Position numbers and translations under genes: made by a program
NCBI GenBank assembly: GCA_963843555.1
Contig: CAWJKV010000014.1
Coordinates: 32,001 to 96,000, forward strand
From: an uncultured Methanosarcinales archaeon
GTDB lineage: Archaea; Halobacteriota; Methanosarcinia; Methanotrichales; Methanotrichaceae
Reading direction: 5' to 3'
DNA length: 64,000 nt
Notes under the pieces: generated by a model
What the model was told of the DNA's origin: nothing
Database searches by the model: none
Seen by the model: the letters and a program-made list of their open reading frames with translations, nothing else
Part shown: one piece after another, positions 38,255-49,453 of the stretch
Numbering within the stretch: the first letter of the stretch is position 1
Layout of the letters: the number at the start of each line of letters is the position of its first letter

Positions 38255-39943
38255 TTATTGAATCAAAGGCAGGATCTTCAGCCTCCACCTCAAACGATTC
38301 CTCCGTTCGTATTTTATGCTGAAGGCCTCCGTGCCCTTCGGACTGCCTATCAGAGCCAGAATATCGTCTCCCTGCACAATCGTATTGGAGTCAGGCACTG
38401 CAATCGCCTGGCCCATTCGCTCCAGAGCGACCACCCGGCAGCCGAAATTATGGGGCAGATCCAGCTCCGCCAGAGTCTTTCCCGTCAGTCCAGACCTCTT
38501 CCCTACTTGGAAGATCTTGAGATCCAGATCCTCATAAAGCAGATCCAGCTCCTCTTCATCTCCCTGGATGATTTTGGCCAGCATGTGGCTGGCGACAATG
38601 GGCATTGATGCCACATAATCCGCACCAGCCCGGTAGATCTTCTCTGCAGACTTGAGACGGTTTGCCCTCACCACCACAAAGGCATGCGGGTTGAGGTTCT
38701 TGGCCATTAGTGTGGCATAAATAGCATCGGAGTCCTGATTGAGCATGATCAGGACGCTCACCGCCTCTTTGATTCCAGCCTGCAACAAAATGGCCTCTCT
38801 TGTAGCGTCGCCGGTTATTTGCTTAAAACCTATATCTCCCAGATCGTGATGATCTACAATCAAGGGTTTTATTCCGCAGACAGACTGCACTGTGGCTACA
38901 CGCCTTCCCACGTCCCCGTATCCCAGGATGATCTGAGGTCCCTCCTTGCGAGTGCCTATAGTTAGATCTCGAATTTTGGAGAGCTGATCGATATTTCCTA
39001 CTGCCATCAAGACCGAGTTTGACCGCACCACATCATCGGATCCAGGGCTGGAATGGAAGACTCCTCGCTGCCAGATGCCGACAATGCCAGCGCCCGTCTC
39101 CACAATCACCTTCTCCTCCAGCTTCTCTCCAATCAGCTCCGCTCCTGGATAGATGGGCAGCTCGATCAGCAGAAGATCTCCAAAGAGCCGGATGGCTCCC
39201 GGGAATACGTCCTTCAGTGGGGGCGAGGTGATCTGGGCGATGAAGGTTCCGAGGAGCGTCTTTGGCGATATGATCCTGGAGGCCCCGGCATACTTCAAGA
39301 ACCTGGATCTGGTCTGGTCGTCTACCAGAGCGATTATCTCGATATCCGAGATCTCTCGCAGGGTTAGAATGACTTCGGCATTCATCTCCTCAGTTTCGTT
39401 GGCAATAAAGAGGCGGGCAGAGCTGATGTTCGCCCTTTGCAGCACTTCCTCCTCGGAAGGATCCCCCGAGAGAACAGGATAATTTCGATAAATAGTTCTG
39501 GCAGTATTCTCAGAGCGTTCGATGATCAGGAAAGGTATCTGCAACAGAGAAAATCGCTCTGCCAGAGTCTCCACTACAGGATTGAAGCCGGAAATTATTA
39601 TGTGACCGGATATGTTCTTCGGAGTGGAGCTGGGGTCAGATCTGACAAGATGCTCCAGCCGGGGTGTGATTATTAGAGGCATGATCACTGCCCAGAGTAT
39701 GGCGATACCGGAGAGGGCCACTAAAATGCTGAAGATGCGACCCAATTGGCTGCGGAAGACTATATCTCCGTAGCCCAGTGTTGTTATGGTGGCGGCAACC
39801 CAATAAAAGGCTGTGATAAGGTTTGCATTCTGGTACTGGCCCTCCTGATTCATCAAAGCCATGAAGACCAGGCTGTAAAATACAACTAAAATCAGTATTC
39901 CAGAAATGAGCTTGAAGGCCTTTTGCAATCCTGTTCCCCACAT
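38255..39943 (-). CDS. Potassium channel with TrkA-N/TrkA-C (RCK) domains
   Basis: TTLGYGD filter, two TM helices, GYGDVG Rossmann motif, AGADYV. Confidence 0.9.
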   Translation of the reverse strand: MWGTGLQKAFKLISGILILVVFYSLVFMALMNQEGQYQNANLITAFYWVAATITTLGYGDIVFRSQLGRIFSILVALSGIAILWAVIMPLIITPRLEHLVRSDPSSTPKNISGHIIISGFNPVVETLAERFSLLQIPFLIIERSENTARTIYRNYPVLSGDPSEEEVLQRANISSARLFIANETEEMNAEVILTLREISDIEIIALVDDQTRSRFLKYAGASRIISPKTLLGTFIAQITSPPLKDVFPGAIRLFGDLLLIELPIYPGAELIGEKLEEKVIVETGAGIVGIWQRGVFHSSPGSDDVVRSNSVLMAVGNIDQLSKIRDLTIGTRKEGPQIILGYGDVGRRVATVQSVCGIKPLIVDHHDLGDIGFKQITGDATREAILLQAGIKEAVSVLIMLNQDSDAIYATLMAKNLNPHAFVVVRANRLKSAEKIYRAGADYVASMPIVASHMLAKIIQGDEEELDLLYEDLDLKIFQVGKRSGLTGKTLAELDLPHNFGCRVVALERMGQAIAVPDSNTIVQGDDILALIGSPKGTEAFSIKYERRNRLRWRLKILPLIQ

Positions 39944-40029
39944 ACCATCCACCTCCTTTAATTAAAAAGGTTCCGAGGGCGATGAATTGAAAGCGAGAAA
40001 TCCTAAGCAACGAATTCAAAGCTTTGAAT

Positions 40030-40830
40030 TCAAAGCGATAAATCGAATTTGCGAATTGTCTTCAGAAACTCTCCGATTCTTCCTTCCATGCGGCTCATCA
40101 GAGAATCGCTTGGGCAGGCCAAGGCAACGGCGCAGCCTTTCGCGCCGTCGTAGTCCAGCCCAATCTGGGTGAACCGGATCGAGAATTCATGGAAAGATTC
40201 AATGAGACGACTCTCCGGAAGAAACTCTCTACCAAACGTATCGATCGTATCCACCATATGCCAGCAGAGAACTGTCCATCCCAATTCATGAGCATTATCA
40301 AACAGCTTTTCTGATGCATTTACGTCTTTGGGATCAAGAAAAGGTGGATCTATAAGCAGAAGTCCGGGTGCCCTTTGGTTCAGCAGAGATGTAACTCCTG
40401 AAAAACCGTCGCCCAATTGGATGGAAGAGAAGGGGATTTCAATCTGATCGGGATTTTTGCGCCAGGTCGCAATGACTTCGGCATCGATGTCCCAGGCCTC
40501 GAACTCCAGCTTGGCCCCCTTCCGCCTGGCCAGTTCCCATACCAACCGGGCCGATCCAGGATAACACATCAGGCCGTGAGGATTCAAATCTGCCAAGATT
40601 TTAGAATAGGAAAAATTTCTGAGGGACGGCAGAACAGGCCAGATTTTGCCTATTCCGCCCTCCCAATCACCGGGCACCTTCAGGGAATACTCCGGGCGTC
40701 CTACGTGGCTTTCCGCATAAACCAGGCTGCTATCGGGGGTGAGGAGGCAATCTGCCGCCTCGAGCAGGAGGAAATGCTTCCAGACATCGCCTGCATTGCC
40801 TGCATGCACTCTGTGATCGTAATGGCGCAT
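40030..40830 (-). CDS. RlmJ-like adenine-N6 methyltransferase
   Basis: YDHRVHAGNAGDVWKH, YPGS, DGF, LLLIDPPF. Confidence 0.75.
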   Translation of the reverse strand: MRHYDHRVHAGNAGDVWKHFLLLEAADCLLTPDSSLVYAESHVGRPEYSLKVPGDWEGGIGKIWPVLPSLRNFSYSKILADLNPHGLMCYPGSARLVWELARRKGAKLEFEAWDIDAEVIATWRKNPDQIEIPFSSIQLGDGFSGVTSLLNQRAPGLLLIDPPFLDPKDVNASEKLFDNAHELGWTVLCWHMVDTIDTFGREFLPESRLIESFHEFSIRFTQIGLDYDGAKGCAVALACPSDSLMSRMEGRIGEFLKTIRKFDLSL

Positions 40831-40843
40831 CTAGCCAAGGGTT

Positions 40844-41314
40844 TTAGTCGTTCTGGTACATCTTCTTGGCGATATTGAAGGCCTGGGCCGGAGTCGCTAT
40901 GGCTATCCTCTGGGAGTCATCGAAGCTAGCCTTGGAGGCAGCGGCCGTTGCGGCAGCAGTTCGGAGCAGCTTTTTATCCACCTCATTGGTCAGCCAGCGG
41001 GCTCCGCCTATGCCAACCAGAAGGGCGCCGGCAATGGAAGAGATGGTGACTGTGACCTCTTCCGTTCCTACTCCGGTAGCAGTCCCAAAAAGGACCGTAT
41101 TGGCGAAGGCTCCGTAGAGTCCCCAGGAGATAAAGGCAGCAACAGCTCCCAGGAGAATGTTGCCTGCAAAACCAGGGCGGATGATGGTGACCTCGCCCGC
41201 AGTCTCCTCACTGGGCTTGATGAAGCCATTATCGCTCACAAGTGCATTTATGATTCCGCCTATGGCACCGCTCAACATGATTACTCCTATCGGTATTAAC
41301 ATCGGCATCGGCAT
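40844..41314 (-). CDS. Small membrane protein (3 Gly-rich TM helices)
   Basis: GAIGGIINAL, LGAVAAF, GALLVGIGG. Confidence 0.7.
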   Translation of the reverse strand: MPMPMLIPIGVIMLSGAIGGIINALVSDNGFIKPSEETAGEVTIIRPGFAGNILLGAVAAFISWGLYGAFANTVLFGTATGVGTEEVTVTISSIAGALLVGIGGARWLTNEVDKKLLRTAAATAAASKASFDDSQRIAIATPAQAFNIAKKMYQND

Positions 41315-41522
41315 TTATGTCCTCCCTCATATTTTATCAGATTCGGGAAAGCTGCATCCATCCCCTCGAATGGCTGAAGAGACCCGGACCCTCACTATTT
41401 CTCACTAATTTTTTTAAGACTGATTTATCGCCATACTATTTGAACTTTATTGTTCTGATTGCAGAAAGGAGTCCTGAAAGGATCATATCCCCTTTTATTC
41501 TTTGGCAGGATTATGATTATCC

Positions 41523-42326
41523 ATGGTCGAAGATCTTAAGAGAGCTATCCGGAAAAGATGCAAGAAGATGGAGATACCGCTTGTAGGAGTGGCCAGTGTG
41601 GAACAGTGGAAGGACCCCCCGTTTCTCCCCTGGATGCCAGAGGAGTTCTTTCCGCAGTCGATATATCCTGAAGCACGGTCGGTGATAGTCATAGGCCTGC
41701 CGGTCAGCCTGCCGGTGCTGGAGACCTCGCCCTCCATTTTCTACCGGGAGCTGTACAATACTGTGAACGGCTTGCTGGACCAGTACACCTACCGTCTGGC
41801 CAATTTTCTCAATGATTCAGGCCACCCATCCGTCTTCGTCCCTAGAGACGGATATTTCGGCATCAAGGCGTTGCTGAAAAATCCGGTGGCATTCTTCTCA
41901 CACCGCCATGCTGCCTATCTGGCAGGCCTGGGCACCTTCGGTGTGAATAACATGCTGCTCACATCAGAGTTCGGACCGCGGGTGCGCTTTGGCTCCGTTT
42001 TCACGTCAGCCGAGCTGGAGCCGGATCTACTCCAGGAAGGCCAGCTCTGCACCAGATGCATGCGCTGCGTGAAGATGTGCCCGGCAAACGCGCTGAATGA
42101 GAAGGACTATCCTCGAGGATTGACCGACAAGAAGACCTGCGCTGAGCACAGCAATGAGCTGAACCGGCAGGGCATCTCTCCCTGCGGAATCTGCATCAAG
42201 GTCTGTCCGGTGGGCGAAGACCGCAGGCTTTACAATCGGATGGATGCTTCGATCTACTCCAAGAGAGACCGATTCCTGGATAAGCATAGGGCATGGGAAC
42301 ATGTCAGGTCCTATGGCGGGATTTGA
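41523..42326 (+). CDS. QueG/epoxyqueuosine reductase-like Fe-S protein
   Basis: ARSVIVIG, AAYLAGLG.FG.N, FGPRVRF, CTRCMRCVKMCP, CGICIKVCP. Confidence 0.85.
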   Translation: MVEDLKRAIRKRCKKMEIPLVGVASVEQWKDPPFLPWMPEEFFPQSIYPEARSVIVIGLPVSLPVLETSPSIFYRELYNTVNGLLDQYTYRLANFLNDSGHPSVFVPRDGYFGIKALLKNPVAFFSHRHAAYLAGLGTFGVNNMLLTSEFGPRVRFGSVFTSAELEPDLLQEGQLCTRCMRCVKMCPANALNEKDYPRGLTDKKTCAEHSNELNRQGISPCGICIKVCPVGEDRRLYNRMDASIYSKRDRFLDKHRAWEHVRSYGGI

Positions 42327-42596
42327 ATGGCCCTGGAAGTGCAAGATCTATTCTGTATAAATTGCTTTTCTCTGTGGTGCCATGTCTCTCCGAGCTTCCC
42401 TCGGGCTCCAGCGGCTTCGCCCTCGCGGCAGCGGAAGCTCATGCCCAACGCGCGTCTGGCAACCAGGCACTCTTCTTCGGCCCGAATCCTGAGGCGAATG
42501 ATTTGCTCCAAAATATCATAATTAATCAACATTCTTCTCAAGCGAAAGATATGGCGACAGATAAGACCAAATACAAGGAGCGAAGATGAATACTCA

Positions 42597-43355
42597 ATGA
42601 AAAGGCTAACAGCCTACATCTCGGGCAATATACAGAAAGTGGGCTATCGCAAGAGAATTATCGATATTGCCAGAGCCTTCGGCCTCAAAGGAATGATTGA
42701 GAATCTTGATGACGGTAGAGTTAAGATTATCGCTGAAGGAGATGATGAAAAGCTCGAATGGTTTGAACATGCCATCGAAATCAAGAACACTCTCATTCAG
42801 GTATCTCAGGTAGAGAAAACATATAGCTCATCAGGTGGCGACTTTGCCAAATTTGGCAAATTAGTGGACGAAGGGGAGACGGACTCTCGACTTGATAAGG
42901 GCATTGGGGTCATGAATGAGATGCTTGTTGCCATTAAGCAAGTAAATACGACCCTGGTTGATATGAACTTAAATCTGGGTGGAAAAATGGATGATCTCAG
43001 CTGCAAAATGGACGAAGTAAATGAGAATCTGGGCGGCAAGATAGATCGATTGGATGGAAATCTGGGCGGCAAGATAGATAGCCTGGGCGGCAAGATGGAC
43101 AAAGTAAATGAAAACCTAGGCAGCAAGATAGACCGATTGGATGGAAATCTGGGCGGCAAGTTGAATCGCATGCTTCAAAACCAGGATGATTTTCTCTTGG
43201 AAGTCAAAGAAATCGGCCTAAATGGGGATGAGCTTCTTGTCGAAGTTAGGGATATTAACAAGAAGATCGATAAGGTCCGAGACAATGAAATCATTGAAAT
43301 GAAAAACGATATTGCAGAAGTTAAAGCCGCATTGAGGGCCAAAGGAATTATCTAA
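42597..43355 (+). CDS. Acylphosphatase domain + repetitive coiled coil
   Basis: GNIQKVGYR...G.IENLDDGRV; NLGGKID repeats. Confidence 0.85.
   Translation: MKRLTAYISGNIQKVGYRKRIIDIARAFGLKGMIENLDDGRVKIIAEGDDEKLEWFEHAIEIKNTLIQVSQVEKTYSSSGGDFAKFGKLVDEGETDSRLDKGIGVMNEMLVAIKQVNTTLVDMNLNLGGKMDDLSCKMDEVNENLGGKIDRLDGNLGGKIDSLGGKMDKVNENLGSKIDRLDGNLGGKLNRMLQNQDDFLLEVKEIGLNGDELLVEVRDINKKIDKVRDNEIIEMKNDIAEVKAALRAKGII
42970..43170 (+). repeat. In-frame coding repeats (NLGGKIDRLDG/KMDxVNE units, including an ~87-bp duplication)
   Basis: Repeated AATCTGGGCGGCAAG. Confidence 0.8.
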
Positions 43356-43504
43356 GGTCTGTACCTGGACTCGCATGCATATGAAACTGCAAGCCTTATA
43401 CCCACAAATTCTACAATCCCGATTCTCAAATCCAGGTCTTATAAACAAACCTGATCTTGTAAATGAACTTTATCATGCGATCTTAATCATATATCGGAAG
43501 TCGT

Positions 43505-46372
43505 TCACACCGCTCTCTTTCGCCCAGTCGTCAATTTTCTGGAACAGGAAGGGGCCTTTGAAAGCCTTCCTTTCAAGAAACTCCCCGTATGGCTCTCTTT
43601 CACTTCAGCCACCTCCTCAGGTGTGCCTGTGGCTACAATCTGCCCGCCCGCATTCCCGCCCTCGGGTCCCATGTCGATAATGTAGTCGGCCGACTTGATC
43701 ACATCCAGATTGTGCTCGATTACAACAACAGTGTTGCCCCTGGCTACCAGGTCGTCCAGCACTGATATGAGCCTCTTCACATCCTCGAAGTGCAGCCCCG
43801 TGGTCGGCTCGTCCAGCAGGTAGATGGTCCTGCCCGTCGCCTTCTTGGCCAGCTCCCGGGTGAGCTTGATCCTCTGGGCCTCTCCTCCGGAAAGGGTCGT
43901 CGAGCTCTGGCCCAGCTTGATGTACCCAAGGCCGACACCCAGCAGAGTGTCGAGCTTGTTTCGAATGCACGGGATGTTCTGGAAATGTTCCCGCCCCTCC
44001 TCGACAGTCATATCCAGGACCTGGGCAATGGACTTTCCTTTATATTTGACCTCCAGGGTCTCCCGGTTGTAGCGGGTTCCTTTGCACTCCTCGCATTCGA
44101 TGTAAACGTCCGGCAAGAAGTTCATCTCGATCTTGATCAGCCCATCCCCATGGCAAGCCTCGCACCGTCCGCCCTGCACATTGAAGGAGAAGCGACCGCC
44201 CTTATAGCCTCTCACTCTGGCCTCCTTGGTCTCGGCAAAGGCTTGCCGGATGGGGTCGAAGACCTTGGTGTAGGTCGCCGGATTGGATCGAGGCGTCCTT
44301 CCGATAGGGCTCTGATCTATGACTATGACTTTGTCGATCTCAGAGTCGAACAAGAGCTCGTCGTACTCCCCTGGAGCCTCGCTAGACCTGTAGATCTTCT
44401 TCATCAGAGCCCGGTAGAGAGTATCGTAGATCAGTGTGGACTTGCCCGATCCCGAGACTCCGGTGATGGCCGTCAGGACGCCGATGGGAATAGCCGCATC
44501 TATATTCTTCAAATTATTCTCCCGGCATCCTATGAGGCGGACGAAGGAGCGGCTTTTTCTTCGGCTGGCCGGAACCTCGATCCTCTTCTGGCCGGATAGG
44601 TACTGGCCTGTCAGTGACGCCGGGTTCTTCTCGATATCCTCAGGAGTCCCCTCAGCCACTACATAGCCACCATGGATTCCTGCCCCCGGTCCAATGTCCA
44701 GCACATGATCTGCGTTGCGAATGGTCTCCTCGTCATGCTCTACTACTATGAGGGTATTTCCGAGCTCACGAAGCTTCTTCAGAGTCTCGATCAGACGGGC
44801 GTTGTCGCGCTGGTGAAGGCCGATGGAGGGCTCATCCAGGACGTAGAGAACGCCGGTGAGGTTTGAGCCGATCTGAGTGGCCAGGCGAATGCGCTGCGCT
44901 TCTCCTCCGGAGAGGGTTCCCGCGTTTCGGGATAGAGTGAGGTAGCCCAGACCCACGTGCTCCAAAAATCCGAGACGGGAGCGGATCTCCTTCATTATCT
45001 GGCGAGCTATCTCCAGCTCTTTTAGAGAGAGCCTGCCCTGCAATGTTTCGAAGAAAGCGATGCAATCACCGATGGAAAGGTCGGTTACATCAACAATGGA
45101 CTTTCCGGCTACGCTCACGGCGAGCACCTTCTCCTTCAACCTCCGGCCGTTGCAGGCCGGGCAGGGCAAGACCCGCATGAACTTCTCCAGCTCTTCACGC
45201 CGGTATTCGGAGTTCGTCTGGCCGTAGAGCCGCAGGCTTTGCGGTATCAGGCCCTCCCACTGAGAATTGTGCGACCAGTAGGCGTCTCCATTCTTCATGC
45301 TCATGTTGAATCGAATGCGTTCATCCGATCCGTACATCAGGGCGTTATTCTGCTCTTCTGTCAGGTTTTTCAATGGCGTGAAGATATCGAAGCCGAAGTG
45401 CTTGGCGACTGCCGTGAGGTGCTGACCCCGCCAGCCGTCGATGGCATTGCGATAGAGGGCCACAGCCCCATCAGCGATACATAGCTCCCTATCGGGTATG
45501 ATCAGATCCGGATCAAACTCCATGCGAATGCCCAGACCGTTGCAGGACTCGCAGGCTCCAAAGGGGCTGTTGAAGGAGAACATGCGGGGCTGCAGCTCTT
45601 CGAAGGCCATACCGCAGACCGGGCAGGCCATCTTTGCCGAGTAGAGGCGCTCGTTCCCTTTTGCATCCAGGACTATGACCAGACCTTCGGCCTTCTTGAG
45701 AGCATTCTCAATGGACTCCACCAGACGCGATCTATCCTCGGACGGATCCAAACGATCCATGACAACTTCTATATCATGCTTCTTGTAGCGGTCGAGCTCG
45801 ATCTCCTCGTCGGTCCTCTGGATAACGCCGTTCACCCGCACCCTGGCGAAACCCTCTCCATTCAGGTCTATTAGGAGCTGGCCGTAGGTTCCCTTCTTCT
45901 GCCGGACCACGGGAGCGAGAATTGTGACCTGACCTCCGCTGCCGGTCTCGCTGAGGACACTATCGGCGATCCTATCCGGCGACTGGGATTCGATGCGAAT
46001 GCCGTGCACGGGGCAATGGGGAATGCCGATGCGGGCAAAGAGCAGCCGCAAGTAGTCATAGATCTCAGTAACGGTTCCCACAGTGCTGCGAGGGTTCTTG
46101 GAGGTCGTCTTCTGTTCGATGGAGATGGCCGGGGAAAGCCCTTCAATGCTATCGACATCCGGCTTGTCCATCTGCCCCAGGAACTGGCGAGCGTAAGCCG
46201 ATAGAGATTCGACGTAGCGGCGCTGGCCCTCGGCGTAGATGGTGTCGAATGCCAATGTGGATTTGCCCGAGCCTGATACGCCGGTGATGACGATGAAACG
46301 GTCTCGGGGAAGCTCGACGGTGATATCCTTCAGGTTGTGCTCGCGGGCACCTTTGATTAATATCGATTTCAT
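43505..46372 (-). CDS. uvrA: Excinuclease ABC subunit A
   Basis: GAREHNLK, two GVSGSGKS, two LSGGEAQR, Zn fingers. Confidence 0.98.
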   Translation of the reverse strand: MKSILIKGAREHNLKDITVELPRDRFIVITGVSGSGKSTLAFDTIYAEGQRRYVESLSAYARQFLGQMDKPDVDSIEGLSPAISIEQKTTSKNPRSTVGTVTEIYDYLRLLFARIGIPHCPVHGIRIESQSPDRIADSVLSETGSGGQVTILAPVVRQKKGTYGQLLIDLNGEGFARVRVNGVIQRTDEEIELDRYKKHDIEVVMDRLDPSEDRSRLVESIENALKKAEGLVIVLDAKGNERLYSAKMACPVCGMAFEELQPRMFSFNSPFGACESCNGLGIRMEFDPDLIIPDRELCIADGAVALYRNAIDGWRGQHLTAVAKHFGFDIFTPLKNLTEEQNNALMYGSDERIRFNMSMKNGDAYWSHNSQWEGLIPQSLRLYGQTNSEYRREELEKFMRVLPCPACNGRRLKEKVLAVSVAGKSIVDVTDLSIGDCIAFFETLQGRLSLKELEIARQIMKEIRSRLGFLEHVGLGYLTLSRNAGTLSGGEAQRIRLATQIGSNLTGVLYVLDEPSIGLHQRDNARLIETLKKLRELGNTLIVVEHDEETIRNADHVLDIGPGAGIHGGYVVAEGTPEDIEKNPASLTGQYLSGQKRIEVPASRRKSRSFVRLIGCRENNLKNIDAAIPIGVLTAITGVSGSGKSTLIYDTLYRALMKKIYRSSEAPGEYDELLFDSEIDKVIVIDQSPIGRTPRSNPATYTKVFDPIRQAFAETKEARVRGYKGGRFSFNVQGGRCEACHGDGLIKIEMNFLPDVYIECEECKGTRYNRETLEVKYKGKSIAQVLDMTVEEGREHFQNIPCIRNKLDTLLGVGLGYIKLGQSSTTLSGGEAQRIKLTRELAKKATGRTIYLLDEPTTGLHFEDVKRLISVLDDLVARGNTVVVIEHNLDVIKSADYIIDMGPEGGNAGGQIVATGTPEEVAEVKESHTGSFLKGRLSKAPSCSRKLTTGRKRAV

Positions 46373-46504
46373 TTTAGCTTCTCACTGGATTCTGCGAATT
46401 GAAGAGCTAATGAGGACTTATGGGACTAATCCTTTTCGGCCATCCATAAATCGGCATTTAACCGTGAACGTGAACTCAATCAATTGAAAAATATGCGAAT
46501 CAAG

Positions 46505-47497
46505 TCAAATATCTCGATGGGATGCAATATCGCAACCCGTGCACGGCAGGCACATGGTCTCTGCCAGATCTGCCCTCAGGTCGTAATCTTTCAGCACTTT
46601 TCTGGTTATCCTGGCAAGCTTGAGAAGCCTATCGGCTGACGGCCTCTTGACTTCAGCTTCCCCCTTTCTTAATGGATGAGGCGATATTGGCCTCAAATTA
46701 GGTATGACGCCCATCTTTGCCAGTTTGGTTACTCCCGCCTCAACGCAATCGTCACTCTCGCCCAGGCCCAGGATGATGTTAGAGGAGACTCTGTTTTTCC
46801 CGAATATCTCCACGGCCTTCTTCAGGGACTTGAGTAGATATTCTAGAGATAAACCAGGGCAAATCCTGGCGAAGATCTCCGAATCCATGGTCTCCACGTT
46901 ATATTTAATCTCCGTTGCACCGGCTTGCTTCAGCTCCTCTGAGGATGTATCAGTAGGATAAACCGAAACGCCAATTGGCAAGTCATATCGCGCCCTCAGG
47001 ATCTTCACAATCGACACCGCTTTCCTGACCTCGTCTTCAGGCGACCTCTCCACTCCGCTGGTGAGAGAAATAGCTTTCAGCTGCCCTGTACGTTTGGCCT
47101 CCTCTACGAGTTGCAGGATTTCATCCGGGACCTTTACCTCTCCGTTGAGTTTAGGAACCGGGCAGAACTTGCAGTCATAAATGCAGCATCCGCTTATGGT
47201 CAGGTAGGCCTGCTCAGGGCAGTGGCTGAGAGCCGGCTCCAGCTTGCCGGTGACAATGGGTCTTCCATCTTTAATCACCACAACATCCGTGTAGCATCTG
47301 ATCACCTTGAAGGGAGAGTCCTTGTTGATGGAAAGCCTCACCCTGTGGCCGCCTGATTTGAGGAAGAAAGACTCCAGACCGGCTCCGGGTCCCGCGCTGG
47401 GTGTGGTTGTCCTGATAGCCTCCCGCAGCAAATCCTCGTCTATATCAGCGCTGCCGATGCTTACCAGCATTGCTTTAATCTCGGCATTCATCTCCAT
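46505..47497 (-). CDS. Radical SAM protein (biotin-synthase-related fold)
   Basis: CIYDCKFC; HCP upstream; C-terminal CLPCTGC. Confidence 0.88.
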   Translation of the reverse strand: MEMNAEIKAMLVSIGSADIDEDLLREAIRTTTPSAGPGAGLESFFLKSGGHRVRLSINKDSPFKVIRCYTDVVVIKDGRPIVTGKLEPALSHCPEQAYLTISGCCIYDCKFCPVPKLNGEVKVPDEILQLVEEAKRTGQLKAISLTSGVERSPEDEVRKAVSIVKILRARYDLPIGVSVYPTDTSSEELKQAGATEIKYNVETMDSEIFARICPGLSLEYLLKSLKKAVEIFGKNRVSSNIILGLGESDDCVEAGVTKLAKMGVIPNLRPISPHPLRKGEAEVKRPSADRLLKLARITRKVLKDYDLRADLAETMCLPCTGCDIASHRDI

Positions 47498-47729
47498 GTT
47501 TGGGCCTCAAAATCAGTTTCCTGGATGGAATACAATTGATTCACAATTGTGAATGGATCATTTGAAGTGGATTGATATTTAAATAACGGCAATGCGGCAA
47601 AAACAAAAAGAGTTCAGTGACGGCTCTGCACCCCAACCTCTGCAGGACTGCAGCTCAGCCAAAAGCAGCGAAAATTGCCGCTACCCGTAAGTATTAAAGC
47701 ATCCTATTCTTCAGTTGAGAGATAGAGGT

Positions 47730-47800
47730 GCCGGGGTGACTGACCGGCTAAGTGCGCGGCTGCAGACCGCGAGAATTGGGTTCGACTCCCAACCCCGGCC
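47730..47800 (+). tRNA. tRNA-Cys (GCA)
   Basis: Acceptor GCCGGGG/CCCCGGC; D-stem ACT/AGT; anticodon arm CGCGG-CTGCAGA-CCGCG; T-arm TTGGG-TTCGACT-CCCAA; TATTAAAG at 47692-47699. Confidence 0.92.
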
Positions 47801-47802
47801 TC

Positions 47803-49206
47803 ATGAAGATCCAAAGTACCATGACTGGAAACAAGGAGAATTTCCAGCCCATTCATAATAATCGCATCAATCTATTTGTCTGCGGTCCCACTGTCTATGA
47901 CGATTCACATATAGGCCACGCCAGAACCTACATCGCCTTCGATGTGGTGGCACGCTATCTCGAGTTCAAGGGCTATAGCGTCTTCTACCTGCAGAACATC
48001 ACCGATGTAGACGACAAGATCATCAAGAGGGCCATAGAGAGGGGCGAAAGTCCACGGTCGCTGGCGAGGAGGTTCGAAGAGAGATATCTGGAAGACATGC
48101 GTAGGCTGGGCGTTACCAACGTCAACTATTATGCTCGCGCCACAGAACATATCCCTGAGATCATCAGTCAGATAGAGAGATTGGTCGAGTTGGGTTTTGC
48201 CTACGAGACAAAGACCGGCATCTACTTCGATGAATCCCGTTTCGAAGATTTTGGAAAGCTCTCCCATCAGACGGCTGATGACCTGGAGAAGCACAGAATT
48301 GAGCCGGATCCGACGAAGAGAAATCCGGGAGACTTCTCTCTCTGGAAAAAGCGGCAGGACGGAGAGGAGGTGACCTGGAATTCTCCCTGGGGACCGGGCC
48401 GGCCCGGATGGCATATAGAGGACACGGCTATTACCGAGACCTATTTCGGAGCGCAGTATGATATCCATGGCGGTGCTATGGACCTGATCTTCCCTCATCA
48501 CGAGGCGGAGATCGCCCAGATGGAGGCGACTTCAGGGAAAAAGCCGCTGGTGAGATACTGGATGCACACCGGCTTTCTCAATGTCAGGGGCGAGAAGATG
48601 TCCAAGTCCCTGGGAAACTTCACAACCATTCGGGATATGCTGCAAAAATATGATGCGGATTCTTTCCGATTCTTCGTTCTTCTGGCCCACTACAGAAGCC
48701 CCATAGACTTCTCTGAGGAGGCTTTAGAGCAGGCTAAGAAGAGCCTGGAGCGGATAAAACAGGCCGCGAAGATCATTGAGGAGCAATTGGAAAGGGCCCC
48801 CGAGATGGAGTTTGAATCCATCGCTCCCGGAGAGGTAGATCCCATCGTGGCCCTGGCCAAAGCCAAATTCCTGGAATCCATGGATAACGATTTCAATACG
48901 CCTTACGCCCTGAGAGCCGTTTTCGACATGGTAAGGGAAGTAAATCGTCGCATCAATGAGAAGACCATTTCTCGAAAGGGATTGCAAGATGCCAGCCTTC
49001 AGCTTCGGGAATTTGGAGAGACACTCGGGCTGGGCTTCCATGCAGCAGGCAAAAAGCCAGCGGAAAAGGCAGATGATGTGACTGGCAATCTGATCGAGCT
49101 CCTGACCGAAACAAGGCAAAAGCTCCGCGAGAAAAAGGAGTGGCAGCTTGCTGATGAGATTCGAGCCAGGTTGAATGAGCTGAATATAGTCATTGAGGAC
49201 GCATAG
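47803..49206 (+). CDS. cysS: Cysteinyl-tRNA synthetase
   Basis: CGPTVYD..HIGH, GRPGWHIE, HHEAE, KMSKSLGN; true start is ATG 47803 (the ORF-track GTG lies inside the tRNA). Confidence 0.96.
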   Translation: MKIQSTMTGNKENFQPIHNNRINLFVCGPTVYDDSHIGHARTYIAFDVVARYLEFKGYSVFYLQNITDVDDKIIKRAIERGESPRSLARRFEERYLEDMRRLGVTNVNYYARATEHIPEIISQIERLVELGFAYETKTGIYFDESRFEDFGKLSHQTADDLEKHRIEPDPTKRNPGDFSLWKKRQDGEEVTWNSPWGPGRPGWHIEDTAITETYFGAQYDIHGGAMDLIFPHHEAEIAQMEATSGKKPLVRYWMHTGFLNVRGEKMSKSLGNFTTIRDMLQKYDADSFRFFVLLAHYRSPIDFSEEALEQAKKSLERIKQAAKIIEEQLERAPEMEFESIAPGEVDPIVALAKAKFLESMDNDFNTPYALRAVFDMVREVNRRINEKTISRKGLQDASLQLREFGETLGLGFHAAGKKPAEKADDVTGNLIELLTETRQKLREKKEWQLADEIRARLNELNIVIEDA

Positions 49207-49453
49207 AAGGCAATGGAAGTACGCGATTGAAGGTAGACGATGGATTAGAGAGAAGAGTCAAGGAGAATTGACACTCAATCTGATATTCTCAAGTCCGATT
49301 CTGCTATAGATGCAATTCCTCATTTTCCGGTATTCAGTATGCAGATCGAACAAAAGGATTTGAAGGATGATGCAATTTCTGCCGCAAAAAATAGCATAAT
49401 AGTGCTCTTGATATATGATATCATTCAAGCGGCTCCGAATATCTAAGAGTCAA

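Noticed and set aside
43790..44599. Long antisense ORFs over uvrA and similar ones over the sulfatase and cysS
   Set aside because: Shadow ORFs of GC-rich coding strands with no recognisable motifs.
47752..47802. ORF-track N-terminal extension of CysRS
   Set aside because: It lies inside the tRNA; the CysRS-like sequence begins at ATG 47803.
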